NCBI GenBank assembly: GCA_903927965.1
Contig: CAIYPA010000299.1
Span: 2,975 to 66,974 of the forward strand
Length of the DNA: 64,000 nt
From: an uncultured Bacteroidia bacterium
Lineage (GTDB): Bacteria > Bacteroidota > Bacteroidia > Bacteroidales > Prolixibacteraceae
Direction of reading: 5' to 3'
The notes beneath the pieces were generated by a model, which saw nothing but the letters and a program-made list of their open reading frames with translations, searched no databases and was not told the origin of the DNA. Positions 10,928-21,547 of this stretch are shown here, piece by piece. The position numbers and the translations under genes were made by a program. Each line of letters opens with the position of its first letter. The first letter of the stretch is position 1.

Positions 10928-11689
10928 TCAAATATTTGAATTTCTGTTTAACTCTCTTAATTTCATGTATTTCATAAATGTCGCAAACGAATTGATGATG
11001 CAAAGGGCAATGCCATAATAACCATCAAGGAAGCCAAATTTCAGGAAAAATCCTTTAAAGAATGTTGCAAAGCCTTTCCCCAAAACCCCAACTTTGCTGA
11101 TCTTCCTGTTTTCCGAAAATAATTCATGGGCAGAAGTTGTTGTAAAATGGTTAAACTGATCAATGTGGGCTTCAATCGAAATATAGGTGAAGTGCAAAAT
11201 GTCACCTTTTAAAAATCCTGTTCTCGTATTATGTTGCATATTAACGTGATCATGAGGGTTACGTCCACCCCATTCCCCTTTGTTGCGGTTCCATAGCCTG
11301 AGTTTCCGGTCGGGATACCAATTTCCATGCCTGATCCAAACACCACAATAATTGTTCATCCTGTTCATATAATAACCATCATAGCCAAACTTCTGTTTGA
11401 CTTTAATAATTGAATTACAGAGTGTTTCGCTTAGTGCCTCATCTGCATCGAGCGAGAGTACATAATCAAAACTCGCCAACGATTTGACATAGTTCTTTTG
11501 TTGAATGTAACCTTCAAAAGGATGTTCATAAAATTTAACTCCTAAACGCTGGCAAATCTCGCGGGTCCTGTCGGTCGAAAAGGAATCGACCACCAAAATT
11601 TCATCCGCCACTTTTGTTACGGATGAAATGCACCGTTCAATGGCCGACTCTTCATTGTAGGTAATGATGACTACAGATAATTTTTCCAT
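10928..11689 (-). CDS. Family 2 glycosyltransferase (LPS-core type)
   Basis: 253 aa. LSVVIITYNEE...VVDSFSTD...LSLDADE are the GT2 DXD-type motifs. Confidence 0.85.
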   Translation of the reverse strand: MEKLSVVIITYNEESAIERCISSVTKVADEILVVDSFSTDRTREICQRLGVKFYEHPFEGYIQQKNYVKSLASFDYVLSLDADEALSETLCNSIIKVKQKFGYDGYYMNRMNNYCGVWIRHGNWYPDRKLRLWNRNKGEWGGRNPHDHVNMQHNTRTGFLKGDILHFTYISIEAHIDQFNHFTTTSAHELFSENRKISKVGVLGKGFATFFKGFFLKFGFLDGYYGIALCIINSFATFMKYMKLRELNRNSNI

Positions 11690-11855
11690 TCGATATGTGG
11701 TTAACCCGGCTTAAAAAGGTAACTAGATAAAAATAAGCTGTAAAATTAATTAAAATGATTAAAATCCATCAAAAAACCATTCGCCAGAGACACATAAAAA
11801 TTTATCTTTGCATCCTGTTCGATATAAAGAATGAATATAATTAACTATAATACTT

Positions 11856-12680
11856 ATGATTAGCTATTTTATCAAATCCTTTAAAAGAAAAATTGCAAGA
11901 AGGTTTACAAAGAGATATCCTACAACCGTCAATTCATATGAAATTGAAAACTACGGTACGGTTAAGTTTACTCGTTGGGAGAACCCCCTTTTCCTGAACC
12001 GGAAAATCGAAAGTGCGGGAGTAAAATTCTTTAGCCGGTTTCTGAAGGAGGGCGATACCGCCATCGACATCGGAGCGAACATTGGGCATGAGTCTCTTCA
12101 GCTTGGTTTGGTAACCGGAAAAACCGGTATAACCATTTCGTTCGACCCAAACCCATTTGTCTATGAAATCCTGGTAAAGAATTCCCAATTGAACGCCGAG
12201 AAAACCAATATCAAGACCTTTAATTGTGCGATTACCGACAAGGAAGAGGAGTTTTATTATTATTCTTCGGAAGCTTCGTTTAGCAACGGAGGGATTTCGC
12301 GCGAAAAAAGCAGTAAACATGGCAAATACACCTTTAAAGATAAAATCAAAGGGATCGTACTTGAATCGTTCCTTGAAAAAAATTTCCCCGAACGCATTGA
12401 TAAACTAAAGTTGATCAAAATAGATACGGAAGGTTATGACAAGGAAATTATTAAATCAATTTCCAGCTTACTGAACAAATACAAACCGGTGGTCATCACC
12501 GAGTGTTTTTTCCGCAATACAAACGAGGAACGTTTCGAACATTTTCATCTATTAAAAGATAAAGGTTATTCACTTTATTATTTTTCTGATTTTGAGGCCA
12601 ATGCTGAAATTATTCCAATTTTGGCCGAAACCGATATGTTAAAATGGAAACATTTTGATTTATACGCGATTGCAGAATGA
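11856..12680 (+). CDS. FkbM-family SAM-dependent methyltransferase
   Basis: 274 aa. AIDIGANIGHES (SAM-binding loop) and IKIDTEGYDKEI are typical of the FkbM family. Confidence 0.8.
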   Translation: MISYFIKSFKRKIARRFTKRYPTTVNSYEIENYGTVKFTRWENPLFLNRKIESAGVKFFSRFLKEGDTAIDIGANIGHESLQLGLVTGKTGITISFDPNPFVYEILVKNSQLNAEKTNIKTFNCAITDKEEEFYYYSSEASFSNGGISREKSSKHGKYTFKDKIKGIVLESFLEKNFPERIDKLKLIKIDTEGYDKEIIKSISSLLNKYKPVVITECFFRNTNEERFEHFHLLKDKGYSLYYFSDFEANAEIIPILAETDMLKWKHFDLYAIAE

Positions 12681-12711
12681 GCAACGATTATTGATATTAA
12701 AAAAGAATAGG

Positions 12712-13596
12712 ATGAGCATTGTTACTTCGAAATTTTTAAGGGCTGTTATTCCAAAATTTATCCATAAGGTATTGCTTAAAAGGACAGTGCGCAATTCTAT
12801 ATTCAGTTATTATGGTAATTTGCCTACCCAGCCAGACAATGAAATTGAAACGGTCCTTGATTATTTGCGGAAAAAAGAGGTGACAAATTTCCCATATTTT
12901 GGCTTGGATAAATATGTTCCCGGTGACATTAAGGTTTTCCGTGATAAGGAGAAAGGTTTGAGATATGTCCTACTCGATGGCAAACGGCTCTATTTCAAGA
13001 AGAAATGGAATAAGCTCAGGATCAAAAAAGCTTTCAATGGATTATTGAAAGAGCAGGATCCGGTTTGTCCCCACTGTTACGAAAACAAGGATTTTAAAAT
13101 TGATCATGGGGATGTGCTTGTTGATGTGGGCGCTGCGGAAGGAAATTTTGCTTTGAGTGTCATTGAAAAAGTTTCAAAAGTTATCCTTTTCGAAAGCGAT
13201 GAAAGATGGGTGGAAGCATTGAATGCGACATTTGAACCCTGGAAGGAGAAAGTTACGATCGTTAGAAAATTCGTTGGGGATGTCACAAACGAAGGTTTCA
13301 CTACACTTGATGACTATTTTGCCAAGGATGAAAAAGTTTCATTTCTAAAAATTGATGTTGAAGGGGCTGAAATGCAATTAATAAAGGGAGCCAAAAGAAT
13401 ACTTCAAGAAGCACATCTTCTGAAATTAGCCATTTGCACCTATCACAAACAAGATGATGAAAAGCTGTTTACAGAGATTTTAAGAAATAACGGATTTGAA
13501 ACCTCTCATTCGGATGGATACATCCTGATGTATCATGACCGGAAATTACAGCCACCGTTTTTTAGAAGGGGATTGATTAGGGCAACAAAGAACTGA
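12712..13596 (+). CDS. FkbM-family SAM-dependent methyltransferase (paralogue)
   Basis: VLVDVGAAEGNFAL and LKIDVEGAEMQL motifs. I preferred the ATG at 12712 (MSIVTSKF...) to the track start 12655, which overlaps the upstream gene. Confidence 0.75.
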   Translation: MSIVTSKFLRAVIPKFIHKVLLKRTVRNSIFSYYGNLPTQPDNEIETVLDYLRKKEVTNFPYFGLDKYVPGDIKVFRDKEKGLRYVLLDGKRLYFKKKWNKLRIKKAFNGLLKEQDPVCPHCYENKDFKIDHGDVLVDVGAAEGNFALSVIEKVSKVILFESDERWVEALNATFEPWKEKVTIVRKFVGDVTNEGFTTLDDYFAKDEKVSFLKIDVEGAEMQLIKGAKRILQEAHLLKLAICTYHKQDDEKLFTEILRNNGFETSHSDGYILMYHDRKLQPPFFRRGLIRATKN

Positions 13597-13648
13597 AATA
13601 GTTTTGAAATACAATTGAAACAAGTTGTGTTAAAATTGCATCTAATTA

Positions 13649-14341
13649 TTATTCAAGCAATTGCACAAAATAGTTCCATACTGGACCATTGGGTGGAAGA
13701 GCAATAATGGTAACGGAATCACCATTTACAGGATGTATAAATTCAATTTTTCGGGCATGAAGATGGATTCCACCATCGCTGTCAGACCGGGGAAAACCAT
13801 ATTTCAAATCACCTTTGATATGTAGACCAATTGCGGCCAATTGCGCCCTAATTTGGTGATGTCGCCCAGTATGTAATTCTATTTCAAGCAAATGAAACCG
13901 ATCAGAAGAATTCAGGTAACGGTAGGAAAGATTTGCTTTTTTTGAGTCTTTCTTTTCGCTGCTAGATGCAAACGACTTATTTTGTTTGGTATCCCTCACC
14001 AACCAGTGGTCTAAAGTGCCGTTCAAAGGCTCTGGTTTTTTATCAACAACTGCCCAATAGGTTTTTTGGATAGCACCTTCCTCCTGGAACATCTCGTTCA
14101 ACCGGACCAACGCTTTTGATGTCCTGGCAAAAAGCACCGCTCCGCTGGTTGGCCTATCTATACGGTGGGTAACTCCCAGAAAGACATTGCCGGGTTTGTT
14201 GTATTTGTTCTTCAGGTATTCCTTGACCTCGTCACCAAGGGTTCTGTCCCCCGTTTTATCGCCTTGCACAATATCGCCACACCGTTTGTTGATCGCGATA
14301 ATGTGGTTGTCTTCAAAAAGAACATCCAGTTGCCTAATCAT
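13649..14341 (-). CDS. RluA-family pseudouridine synthase
   Basis: [14 protein letters not shown] catalytic-Asp motif and [12 protein letters not shown] motif. The start at 14341 (MIRQLD...) lies 2 nt after the panB stop; the longer track ORF would overlap panB. Confidence 0.85.
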   Translation of the reverse strand: MIRQLDVLFEDNHIIAINKRCGDIVQGDKTGDRTLGDEVKEYLKNKYNKPGNVFLGVTHRIDRPTSGAVLFARTSKALVRLNEMFQEEGAIQKTYWAVVDKKPEPLNGTLDHWLVRDTKQNKSFASSSEKKDSKKANLSYRYLNSSDRFHLLEIELHTGRHHQIRAQLAAIGLHIKGDLKYGFPRSDSDGGIHLHARKIEFIHPVNGDSVTIIALPPNGPVWNYFVQLLE

Positions 14342-15152
14342 ATTGCTCCCTCTCGTTTGGAAAGTCACGTGATTTAACATCCGCTATATAATTTCCAACA
14401 GCACCTGTAATATCTGCAGCCAGGTTTAAATATCTCCTTAAAAACCGGGGGGAGAATTCCTGGGTCATTCCCAACATATCATGGATCACAAGTACCTGTC
14501 CATCTACGCCTCCACCAGCTCCAATCCCAATTATCGGTATTTTAAGTTCGTGGGCAACCTGGGTACCCAACCTGGCAGGGATTTTTTCCAAAACGATCCC
14601 AAAGCAGCCAGCTTGCTCAAGAAGATGGGCATCTTCGAGCAATTTTTTTGCTTCTATTTCTTCCTTTGCCCTTACAGTATAGGTCCCGTATTTATGGATC
14701 GATTGTGGCATTAATCCAAGGTGCCCCATTACAGGGATTCCAGCCATTACAATGCGTTCTACTGATTCAATGATCTCTTTGCCACCTTCAAGCTTTACGG
14801 CATCGGCATGTGTGATTTTCATAATTTTAATAGCAGAACTCAATGCTTCAAGCGGGTTACCCTGATAGGTCCCAAAAGGCATATCCACAACAACCAAAGC
14901 CCTTGTAACACCTTTAACTACCGATTTTCCATGGTAAATCATCTGGTCAAGGGTGATTGGTAACGTAGTTTCGTTCCCTGCCATCACATTGGATGCCGAA
15001 TCTCCGACAAGTATAACATCGATACCAGCCTGATCGACAAGTTTTGCCATACTGTAGTCGTAAGCGGTAAGCATACTTATTTTTTCGCCATGCAACTTCA
15101 TTTCAGCAAGAACATGGGTCGTCACCCTTTTTACCTCTTTCTGTACCGACAT
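14334..15152 (-). CDS. panB: 3-methyl-2-oxobutanoate hydroxymethyltransferase
   Basis: 272 aa. MLTAYDY...ILVGDS...VVDMPFGTY...VKLEGG are the conserved PanB blocks. Confidence 0.93.
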   Translation of the reverse strand: MSVQKEVKRVTTHVLAEMKLHGEKISMLTAYDYSMAKLVDQAGIDVILVGDSASNVMAGNETTLPITLDQMIYHGKSVVKGVTRALVVVDMPFGTYQGNPLEALSSAIKIMKITHADAVKLEGGKEIIESVERIVMAGIPVMGHLGLMPQSIHKYGTYTVRAKEEIEAKKLLEDAHLLEQAGCFGIVLEKIPARLGTQVAHELKIPIIGIGAGGGVDGQVLVIHDMLGMTQEFSPRFLRRYLNLAADITGAVGNYIADVKSRDFPNEREQYD

Positions 15153-15203
15153 AACTTCAGTTTATATGAAATGAATAATCCCGACAAAAGTAGAAAAATC
15201 AAA

Positions 15204-16505
15204 TTAAGTAACCACTGATTTCAGGTCCGACTTTTCCTCCAGCTCCCGGATATCCAAAACGCCCAAAAAACAATAAAAAAAACAAAAGAAAACAACCCCT
15301 TCCCGGACATTCAGCATCGACTCAGAAAGAAAATTAAAACTACAGATACATAGAAAGATAAAGAACAGGTTATTTTTGCTGGCGACAGATTTGTAAAGGG
15401 AGTAGATCAAGATGACGACCAACAATAAAAATCCAACCAATCCCAAATCAATGAAGGTTTCAAGAAATTGATTGTGTGCATTTGAATTGACACGAAAGGG
15501 ATCTTTGTAGCCGTGAAGCTGATATTTTTTAACCAGTTCATTGTTTGTATCTCCCGGACCGACCCCTAAAAAAAAGTTAGTTCCAATGAGTTCCATACCC
15601 GATTTCCAGATGTGGATACGTGAAACAATTGTTCCATCACCATCGTCACCTAAGATGATCTCAGGATTTGCAATTAATTCACAAACAGCTTTAAACCTTG
15701 GGTTTTGAAAACCAATCAGAGTAACAAATCCGGCTACCACGACAATTGAAATCTTGGTTAAGCGGTTGTGTGCATGATTAAAAAAGATAAAGGCATAACC
15801 TATAACTACGGCTATCGTGCAAATGATCAGGGCTTTCGACGAAAGCAGATAAATCATAATTAAAAACAGAAGGGCTGAGATCCAAAGGAAACCATTCAGA
15901 TTAAGGTTTGAAAATATTCGTCTTCTCAAAATCTCAACACAACTGGCAATAGCAAACAACAAATAGGAAGAAAAATAGGTGGGATGCAGGAATAGGGAAA
16001 GTGCGATAAACCTGAAATGGCTACCCCCAAAATCCCATGAAGCATATCTGTGATCGATTGTATTGAAGACCAGGCCATCCGGAGTAAGGCTTGTCGATTG
16101 ATAAAAGGCTACGGACAAACAAATGATTGAGGAAACAAAACAGCCCAAAATAAAAGACATCAATATTTTAATCTGGTTCTCTTTAAAATATTGGCTATAA
16201 GCGGCTATAACAATCGGAAAGACTAAAAAAGAGGCTTTGACTTCGACTGCAAAGAACCCTGCATGTTTGTTGCCTGACCAGATAATACCTAGGATGTAAA
16301 GAATATAAAGCAGGGGTAAAAGTGCCCGCTGGAGGTTAAAATCAAACTTATATTTCAGGCTTAATAACTTTTGGACAGACATGATCACTACCCAAAAAAC
16401 GATGAGTTTGGACAATTTATTTTCCAGAAGTGGCATTGAAAAGACGAGAAATAAAGTGAGATAATCACTCGTTTTTGACAATAATATATTTAGCTTTTCC
16501 TCCAT
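15204..16505 (-). CDS. O-antigen ligase / Wzy-like polytopic membrane protein
   Basis: 433 aa with at least 10 hydrophobic helices. It has a periplasmic-loop region followed by NAHNQFLETFIDLGLVGF, typical of the Wzy_C/O-antigen ligase family. Confidence 0.7.
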   Translation of the reverse strand: MEEKLNILLSKTSDYLTLFLVFSMPLLENKLSKLIVFWVVIMSVQKLLSLKYKFDFNLQRALLPLLYILYILGIIWSGNKHAGFFAVEVKASFLVFPIVIAAYSQYFKENQIKILMSFILGCFVSSIICLSVAFYQSTSLTPDGLVFNTIDHRYASWDFGGSHFRFIALSLFLHPTYFSSYLLFAIASCVEILRRRIFSNLNLNGFLWISALLFLIMIYLLSSKALIICTIAVVIGYAFIFFNHAHNRLTKISIVVVAGFVTLIGFQNPRFKAVCELIANPEIILGDDGDGTIVSRIHIWKSGMELIGTNFFLGVGPGDTNNELVKKYQLHGYKDPFRVNSNAHNQFLETFIDLGLVGFLLLVVILIYSLYKSVASKNNLFFIFLCICSFNFLSESMLNVREGVVFFCFFYCFLGVLDIRELEEKSDLKSVVT

Positions 16506-16596
16506 TGTCAGGTAAATTTGGTTAAACGAAATAAAAAAGATGGGTCATATTCAAAAATTGATGACCCATCCTATCTGTTTCCAAACTATCCTACCG

Positions 16597-17721
16597 TTAA
16601 ACCCGCAGGAAGATTTTCTTTTGATAAAGGTAGTAAAGCACCAGCCATTCGAGGACAATTGCCCCAAGGATTACAATCCATCCTCCCAATGGTTCAGCAA
16701 GGAAACCAGTGAAAAACATGGAGGCTTTACGAAAATCAATAATTGCAGATCCGAGATAAATCGTAATTGAATTCATCCCGATAACCTTAAAAAACAATAT
16801 TTTATAAGAAAATATCCCTTTTGTCCAACCTTTAACATCGATCGAAAAATAAAACAACGACAAGAGCATAAAGCTGATCCCTGAGGTTAACAGGTTGAAT
16901 GGAACAGTCCAGGCAGCTTTAATGATCGGGTAAAATGTGGAAAGGATAAGTGCAACTGATACCAAAACTGCTCCTGTGAGGGCAAGTATAGCAGCTTTCC
17001 GCTTCGAAGCCGGCTCTCCGTCACGAAGGATCGACCCAGCAAAAGAACCCATTAGTGTAACGGTAATTGCCGAAACAATACACAACAAGCCTTCAGGATC
17101 AAAGGTCTTGCCATGTAACCTTCCGGGTAATAACATCCTGTCGAGCCATGCGTTGATCCCACCTACCTGATCAAGGACACCTGCACCGTACCCAGGAACA
17201 GGAACAGCCAGTTGCAAAATTGCAATCCCTGCCAAAATGCCAATTAGCCAGGCCAAACGTGTATTAAATGATTTTGTATAAAGTACGATGGTGGCAGCAA
17301 ACAGATAGCCTAAACCAATTTGTCCAAGCACACTTGCAACACGCATTGACGCAAAACCGTTTTTCAAGGCACCATTGTAGATAATCCCGAATACAACGAG
17401 CAGGAGACCCCGTTTAACGATCCGGTAAAACAATTGTTTCCGGTTAGCACCCTGTTCAACTTTGGCCGTAATGGCATAAGGGATTGCCACCCCTGAAATA
17501 AACATGAAAAGAGGAAAAATGAGATCCTCAAAATGGAATCCGGCCCAGGGAACATGTTCCATTTGCTCAGCGATGATATCCAGCCAACCCCATTTTAAGG
17601 TTTCAGCCAGTGCAACAATCAGGCTACCCCCTCCGATAATCCATAACATGTCAAAACCACGCAACACATCAAGCGATTGAAGCCGCTCTGGTTGTTTTGT
17701 CTCACTTTTCTTTGTTTTCAT
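16597..17721 (-). CDS. DUF5009/HGSNAT-like membrane acyltransferase family protein
   Basis: 374 aa and polytopic. The N-terminal RLQSLDVLRGFDMLWIIGG motif is characteristic of the heparan-alpha-glucosaminide N-acetyltransferase-like family. Confidence 0.65.
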   Translation of the reverse strand: MKTKKSETKQPERLQSLDVLRGFDMLWIIGGGSLIVALAETLKWGWLDIIAEQMEHVPWAGFHFEDLIFPLFMFISGVAIPYAITAKVEQGANRKQLFYRIVKRGLLLVVFGIIYNGALKNGFASMRVASVLGQIGLGYLFAATIVLYTKSFNTRLAWLIGILAGIAILQLAVPVPGYGAGVLDQVGGINAWLDRMLLPGRLHGKTFDPEGLLCIVSAITVTLMGSFAGSILRDGEPASKRKAAILALTGAVLVSVALILSTFYPIIKAAWTVPFNLLTSGISFMLLSLFYFSIDVKGWTKGIFSYKILFFKVIGMNSITIYLGSAIIDFRKASMFFTGFLAEPLGGWIVILGAIVLEWLVLYYLYQKKIFLRV

Positions 17722-17998
17722 AAAAAATCAATTTGGGATTAATTAATAGCAATAGTAAGTGCCAAAGTTATGAATTTGAAATTACGCCACAAGATTTCAG
17801 TAAAGGTTTGCAAAAAAAATTCAGCAATAAATTTGCTGTCGTTTTGGCATATAAAGTGACATTTTCATTCAATTTTAAACTCCTAATCGTGCCAATTGTG
17901 CCAATCGAAGTGGATTGCAGAAAATTGGCACAACGATTGAAGGAGGCTTGCTACTGTATATAAAAATAGGAATCACAATTTAAAACAATTATAAAGAA

Positions 17999-19921
17999 AT
18001 GGGAAAAATTATTGGAATTGACTTAGGAACAACCAACTCCTGTGTTGCCGTAATGGAAGGCAACGAACCGGTGGTTATCCCCAACAGCGAAGGCAAAAGA
18101 ACTACTCCATCGGTAGTTGCGTTTGTTGACAATGGCGAACGTAAGGTTGGAGATCCTGCAAAACGTCAGGCAATTACGAATCCCCACAAAACAGTTTACT
18201 CGATTAAACGGTTTATGGGCGAGCAATTTACCAATATGTCAAAAGAGATCAAGCGGGTACCATTCCCTGTTATCCAGGGCGATCACAACACACCACGTGT
18301 CAAAATTGAAGACCGGTTCTACTCCCCTCAGGAAATATCTGCTATGATCCTTCAGAAAATGAAAAAAACAGCCGAAGATTATCTCGGTCAGGAAGTAACC
18401 GAGGCTGTTATCACCGTTCCGGCATATTTTAACGACTCGCAACGTCAGGCTACCAAAGAAGCCGGTGAGATTGCAGGTCTGAAAGTTCGCCGTATCATCA
18501 ATGAACCAACTGCCGCATCGTTGGCCTATGGTCTCGACAAGATGCACAAAGATATGAAGATCGCTGTATTCGACCTTGGTGGCGGTACATTCGATATTTC
18601 TATCCTTGAACTGGGTGAAGGGGTCTTCGAGGTTAAATCGACTGATGGTGATACTCACCTTGGTGGTGATGATTTCGACCAGGTGATCGTTGACTGGCTG
18701 ACAGACGAATTTAAAAAGGACGAAGGCGTCGATCTTCATAAAGATGCAATGGCCCTTCAGCGTTTGAAGGAAGCTGCTGAAAAAGCTAAAATCGAACTTT
18801 CTAGTTCAACACAGACAGAGATAAACCTGCCATACATTATGCCCGTCAACGGGATACCTAAGCACCTTGTAAAGACGCTTACCCGTGCCAAATTTGAGCA
18901 ATTAGCTGATAAACTGATTAATGCTACAATGGAACCTTGCCGCAAAGCATTACAGAACGCAGGTATGACGATCAAAGATATTGACGAAGTGATCCTTGTA
19001 GGAGGTTCGACCCGTATCCCTGCAATCCAGGAGAAAGTTCAGAGCCTTTTTGGTAAAGTACCTTCAAAAGGAGTTAACCCCGACGAAGTAGTAGCCGTAG
19101 GAGCTGCAATTCAGGGTGGTGTCCTTTCGGGCGAAGTAAAAGACGTATTGTTACTTGATGTTACCCCTCTGTCATTAGGTATTGAAACCATGGGTGGGGT
19201 TATGACAAGGTTGATCGAAGCCAATACTACGATCCCAACTAAAAAAGCAGAAACATTTACAACAGCTTCTGATAGCCAGCCATCAGTAGAGATCCATGTA
19301 CTCCAGGGCGAACGTCCTATGGCACAGGGAAATAAAACGATTGGTCGATTCCATCTTGACGGATTACCACCAGCACCGCGCGGTATTCCTCAGATCGAAG
19401 TGGCCTTTGATATTGATGCCAACGGTATTTTGCACGTCACAGCAAAAGATAAGGCAACCAATAAGGAACAGTCGATCAGGATCGAAGCATCCACAGGTCT
19501 TACTGATGCTGAAATCAGGCGGATGAGGGACGAGGCTGCTGCCAATGCAGAATCGGATCAACAGGCAAAGGAAAAAGTAGAAAAGCTGAACCATGCCGAT
19601 AGTTTGATTTTCCAGACCGAGAAACAATTGAAAGAGTTTGGAGATAAAATCCCTTCCGACAAGAAAGGCCCGATCGAAGCTGCCCTTGGTAAATTGAAAG
19701 AGGCTTACAAAGCCCAGGATTTGAATGCTATTGAAAATGCTACCGCAGAGTTGAACACCGTGTTCCAAGCGGCCTCTCAGGAGATGTACAATGCAGCAGG
19801 AACTCAAGGCCATAGTGGTCAGGCTGGACCTCAAGGCGGACATCAGGGTGGCGGTTCACAACAACAGGGCCCAAAAGGTGACGGCGATGTGACCGATGTT
19901 GACTTTGAAGAGGTAAAATAA
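17999..19921 (+). CDS. dnaK: Molecular chaperone DnaK (canonical Hsp70)
   Basis: 640 aa. [52 protein letters not shown] and a Gly/Gln-rich tail ending EEVK. Confidence 0.98.
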   Translation: MGKIIGIDLGTTNSCVAVMEGNEPVVIPNSEGKRTTPSVVAFVDNGERKVGDPAKRQAITNPHKTVYSIKRFMGEQFTNMSKEIKRVPFPVIQGDHNTPRVKIEDRFYSPQEISAMILQKMKKTAEDYLGQEVTEAVITVPAYFNDSQRQATKEAGEIAGLKVRRIINEPTAASLAYGLDKMHKDMKIAVFDLGGGTFDISILELGEGVFEVKSTDGDTHLGGDDFDQVIVDWLTDEFKKDEGVDLHKDAMALQRLKEAAEKAKIELSSSTQTEINLPYIMPVNGIPKHLVKTLTRAKFEQLADKLINATMEPCRKALQNAGMTIKDIDEVILVGGSTRIPAIQEKVQSLFGKVPSKGVNPDEVVAVGAAIQGGVLSGEVKDVLLLDVTPLSLGIETMGGVMTRLIEANTTIPTKKAETFTTASDSQPSVEIHVLQGERPMAQGNKTIGRFHLDGLPPAPRGIPQIEVAFDIDANGILHVTAKDKATNKEQSIRIEASTGLTDAEIRRMRDEAAANAESDQQAKEKVEKLNHADSLIFQTEKQLKEFGDKIPSDKKGPIEAALGKLKEAYKAQDLNAIENATAELNTVFQAASQEMYNAAGTQGHSGQAGPQGGHQGGGSQQQGPKGDGDVTDVDFEEVK

Positions 19922-19954
19922 TTGCCATAGACAAGCAATTATAAGAAATAAAAA

Positions 19955-19992
19955 ATCCGCTGTATGTAAATCACATACAGCGGATTTTCTTT
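19955..19992 (+). terminator. Rho-independent terminator of dnaK
   Basis: Perfect 13-bp stem atccgctgtatgt / acatacagcggat with a 5-nt loop, followed by ttttctttt. Confidence 0.85.
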
Positions 19993-20235
19993 TAAAAGGA
20001 TAGGCATTACCTTATTTATCAGATGGAAAACCTATTACGTTGATTGGCATTAATTTTTCGAAAAAGAAAAGGAACATTGTGGAGTGGATGAAAGAGGAGA
20101 TGGTTTAACTTGCCTATTCGCCTGATTTATAATAATTTACCTATGTGCCGAATTAATGATTATAAAAACAATAGTTTTATCTTGTATATTCGATAAATAT
20201 TATATATATTTGTATAATATAAACGATAATACCAA

Positions 20236-21483
20236 GTGAACAAAGATATTGTAAAACTATTAATTGCTGAATATCAACAAAAAGCCGTTGAGATTTCATT
20301 TCAGGAACGTCCATATATCATTGAGGACAAGCTTAATTATGTGTTTGTAGGATTGCGGCGTGTTGGAAAATCATACCTTATGTTCCAACAAATCCGCAAA
20401 TTGTTGGATGCTGGTCACTCCAAAAATGAGATTCTTTATTTTAACTTTGAAGACGACCGCATTGCTTCACTTGCCACAGAAGATTTGGACCGTATAAAAG
20501 TCTGCTATGAAGAGATGTTCGATTGTAAACCGATTTTTTTTCTCGATGAAATACAAATTGTGGATCGGTGGGAGAAATTTGTCCGCCGGCTTGCCGACCA
20601 GGGTTATCGGGTTTATGTGACTGGAAGCAATGCGAAAATGCTTAGCAGTGAAATAGCGACTACTTTAGGTGGACGTTATATCATTGAAAACGTTTATCCA
20701 TTTTCTTTCCCTGAATATTTAACTTCATTGGGGATCGAACTTACTGACAAGAATTTTATTTATCGCTCTCATAACGAAATAGTAAAAGCTTATGAAAATT
20801 ATTTTCGTTTTGGTGGTTTACCTGAACTGACTCAGGTTAACGACAAACGCGCCTGGCTAAGCAACCTTTATCAAAAAATATTTTTTGGCGATTTAATCAC
20901 ACGCTATCAGGTACGTAACGATTTTGCACTACGTGTTCTGATCCGGAAATTGGCTGAATCTGTTAAACAGCCCACTTCGTTCAACAGATTGGCAAATGTT
21001 GTATCCTCTACCGGTAAAAAAATCAGTACTGACACAGTGATCGATTATTTGGGCTATTTAAAAGAGTCGTGGTTGATATTTCCGGTGGAGAATATTTGCG
21101 CCAAATTGGCTGAAAAAGTGTCAAATAAAAAGTATTATTTTATTGACAATGGCCTCCTCAATCTTTTCCTTATTGATCCTTCAACTTCATTATTGGAAAA
21201 CCATGTCGCGATCCAACTTCGTCGGCTGTATGGGGATAATGTTTATTTCTATCTCCATGGCATAGAAGTGGATTTTTATATCCCTGAAATACAATTGGCA
21301 GTACAGGTTTGTTACAGCCTATTGGATCCGGAAACCCGTAAACGCGAGATGAATGCATTGATAAAAATGTCAAAACGAATTGATGTGAAAAAATGGAACA
21401 TCATCACCAAAGACGAGGAAGAAACGATTTCGGAACAAGGGATTATTATTGAAGTGATTCCGGCGTGGAAATGGTTATGTTAA
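20236..21483 (+). CDS. AAA ATPase with DUF4143-type C-terminal domain (COG1373-like), paralogue 1
   Basis: 415 aa with a GTG start in the track. Walker A GLRRVGKS and Walker B FFLDEIQ. The C-terminal half is of the type seen in DUF4143 proteins. Confidence 0.8.
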   Translation: MNKDIVKLLIAEYQQKAVEISFQERPYIIEDKLNYVFVGLRRVGKSYLMFQQIRKLLDAGHSKNEILYFNFEDDRIASLATEDLDRIKVCYEEMFDCKPIFFLDEIQIVDRWEKFVRRLADQGYRVYVTGSNAKMLSSEIATTLGGRYIIENVYPFSFPEYLTSLGIELTDKNFIYRSHNEIVKAYENYFRFGGLPELTQVNDKRAWLSNLYQKIFFGDLITRYQVRNDFALRVLIRKLAESVKQPTSFNRLANVVSSTGKKISTDTVIDYLGYLKESWLIFPVENICAKLAEKVSNKKYYFIDNGLLNLFLIDPSTSLLENHVAIQLRRLYGDNVYFYLHGIEVDFYIPEIQLAVQVCYSLLDPETRKREMNALIKMSKRIDVKKWNIITKDEEETISEQGIIIEVIPAWKWLC

Positions 21484-21486
21484 GAG

Positions 21487-21545
21487 GTCGAAAAAAAACA
21501 AAACGAACTTATTTCATCGAATAGTATCTTTTTGTGATCCAAATA
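21487..21545. repeat. Degenerate partial copy (E) of the island boundary repeat
   Basis: gaaaaaaaacaaaacgaac...tttgtgatccaaat resembles the ...gaaaaacaaaacgaac... and ...ctttgtgatgctccaaaat blocks of copies A, B and D. Confidence 0.4.
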
Positions 21546-21547
21546 AT

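Noticed and set aside
18239-18739. A 166-aa minus-strand ORF within dnaK.
   Set aside because: It is antisense to a near-canonical DnaK coding sequence and has no motifs. It is a typical shadow ORF.
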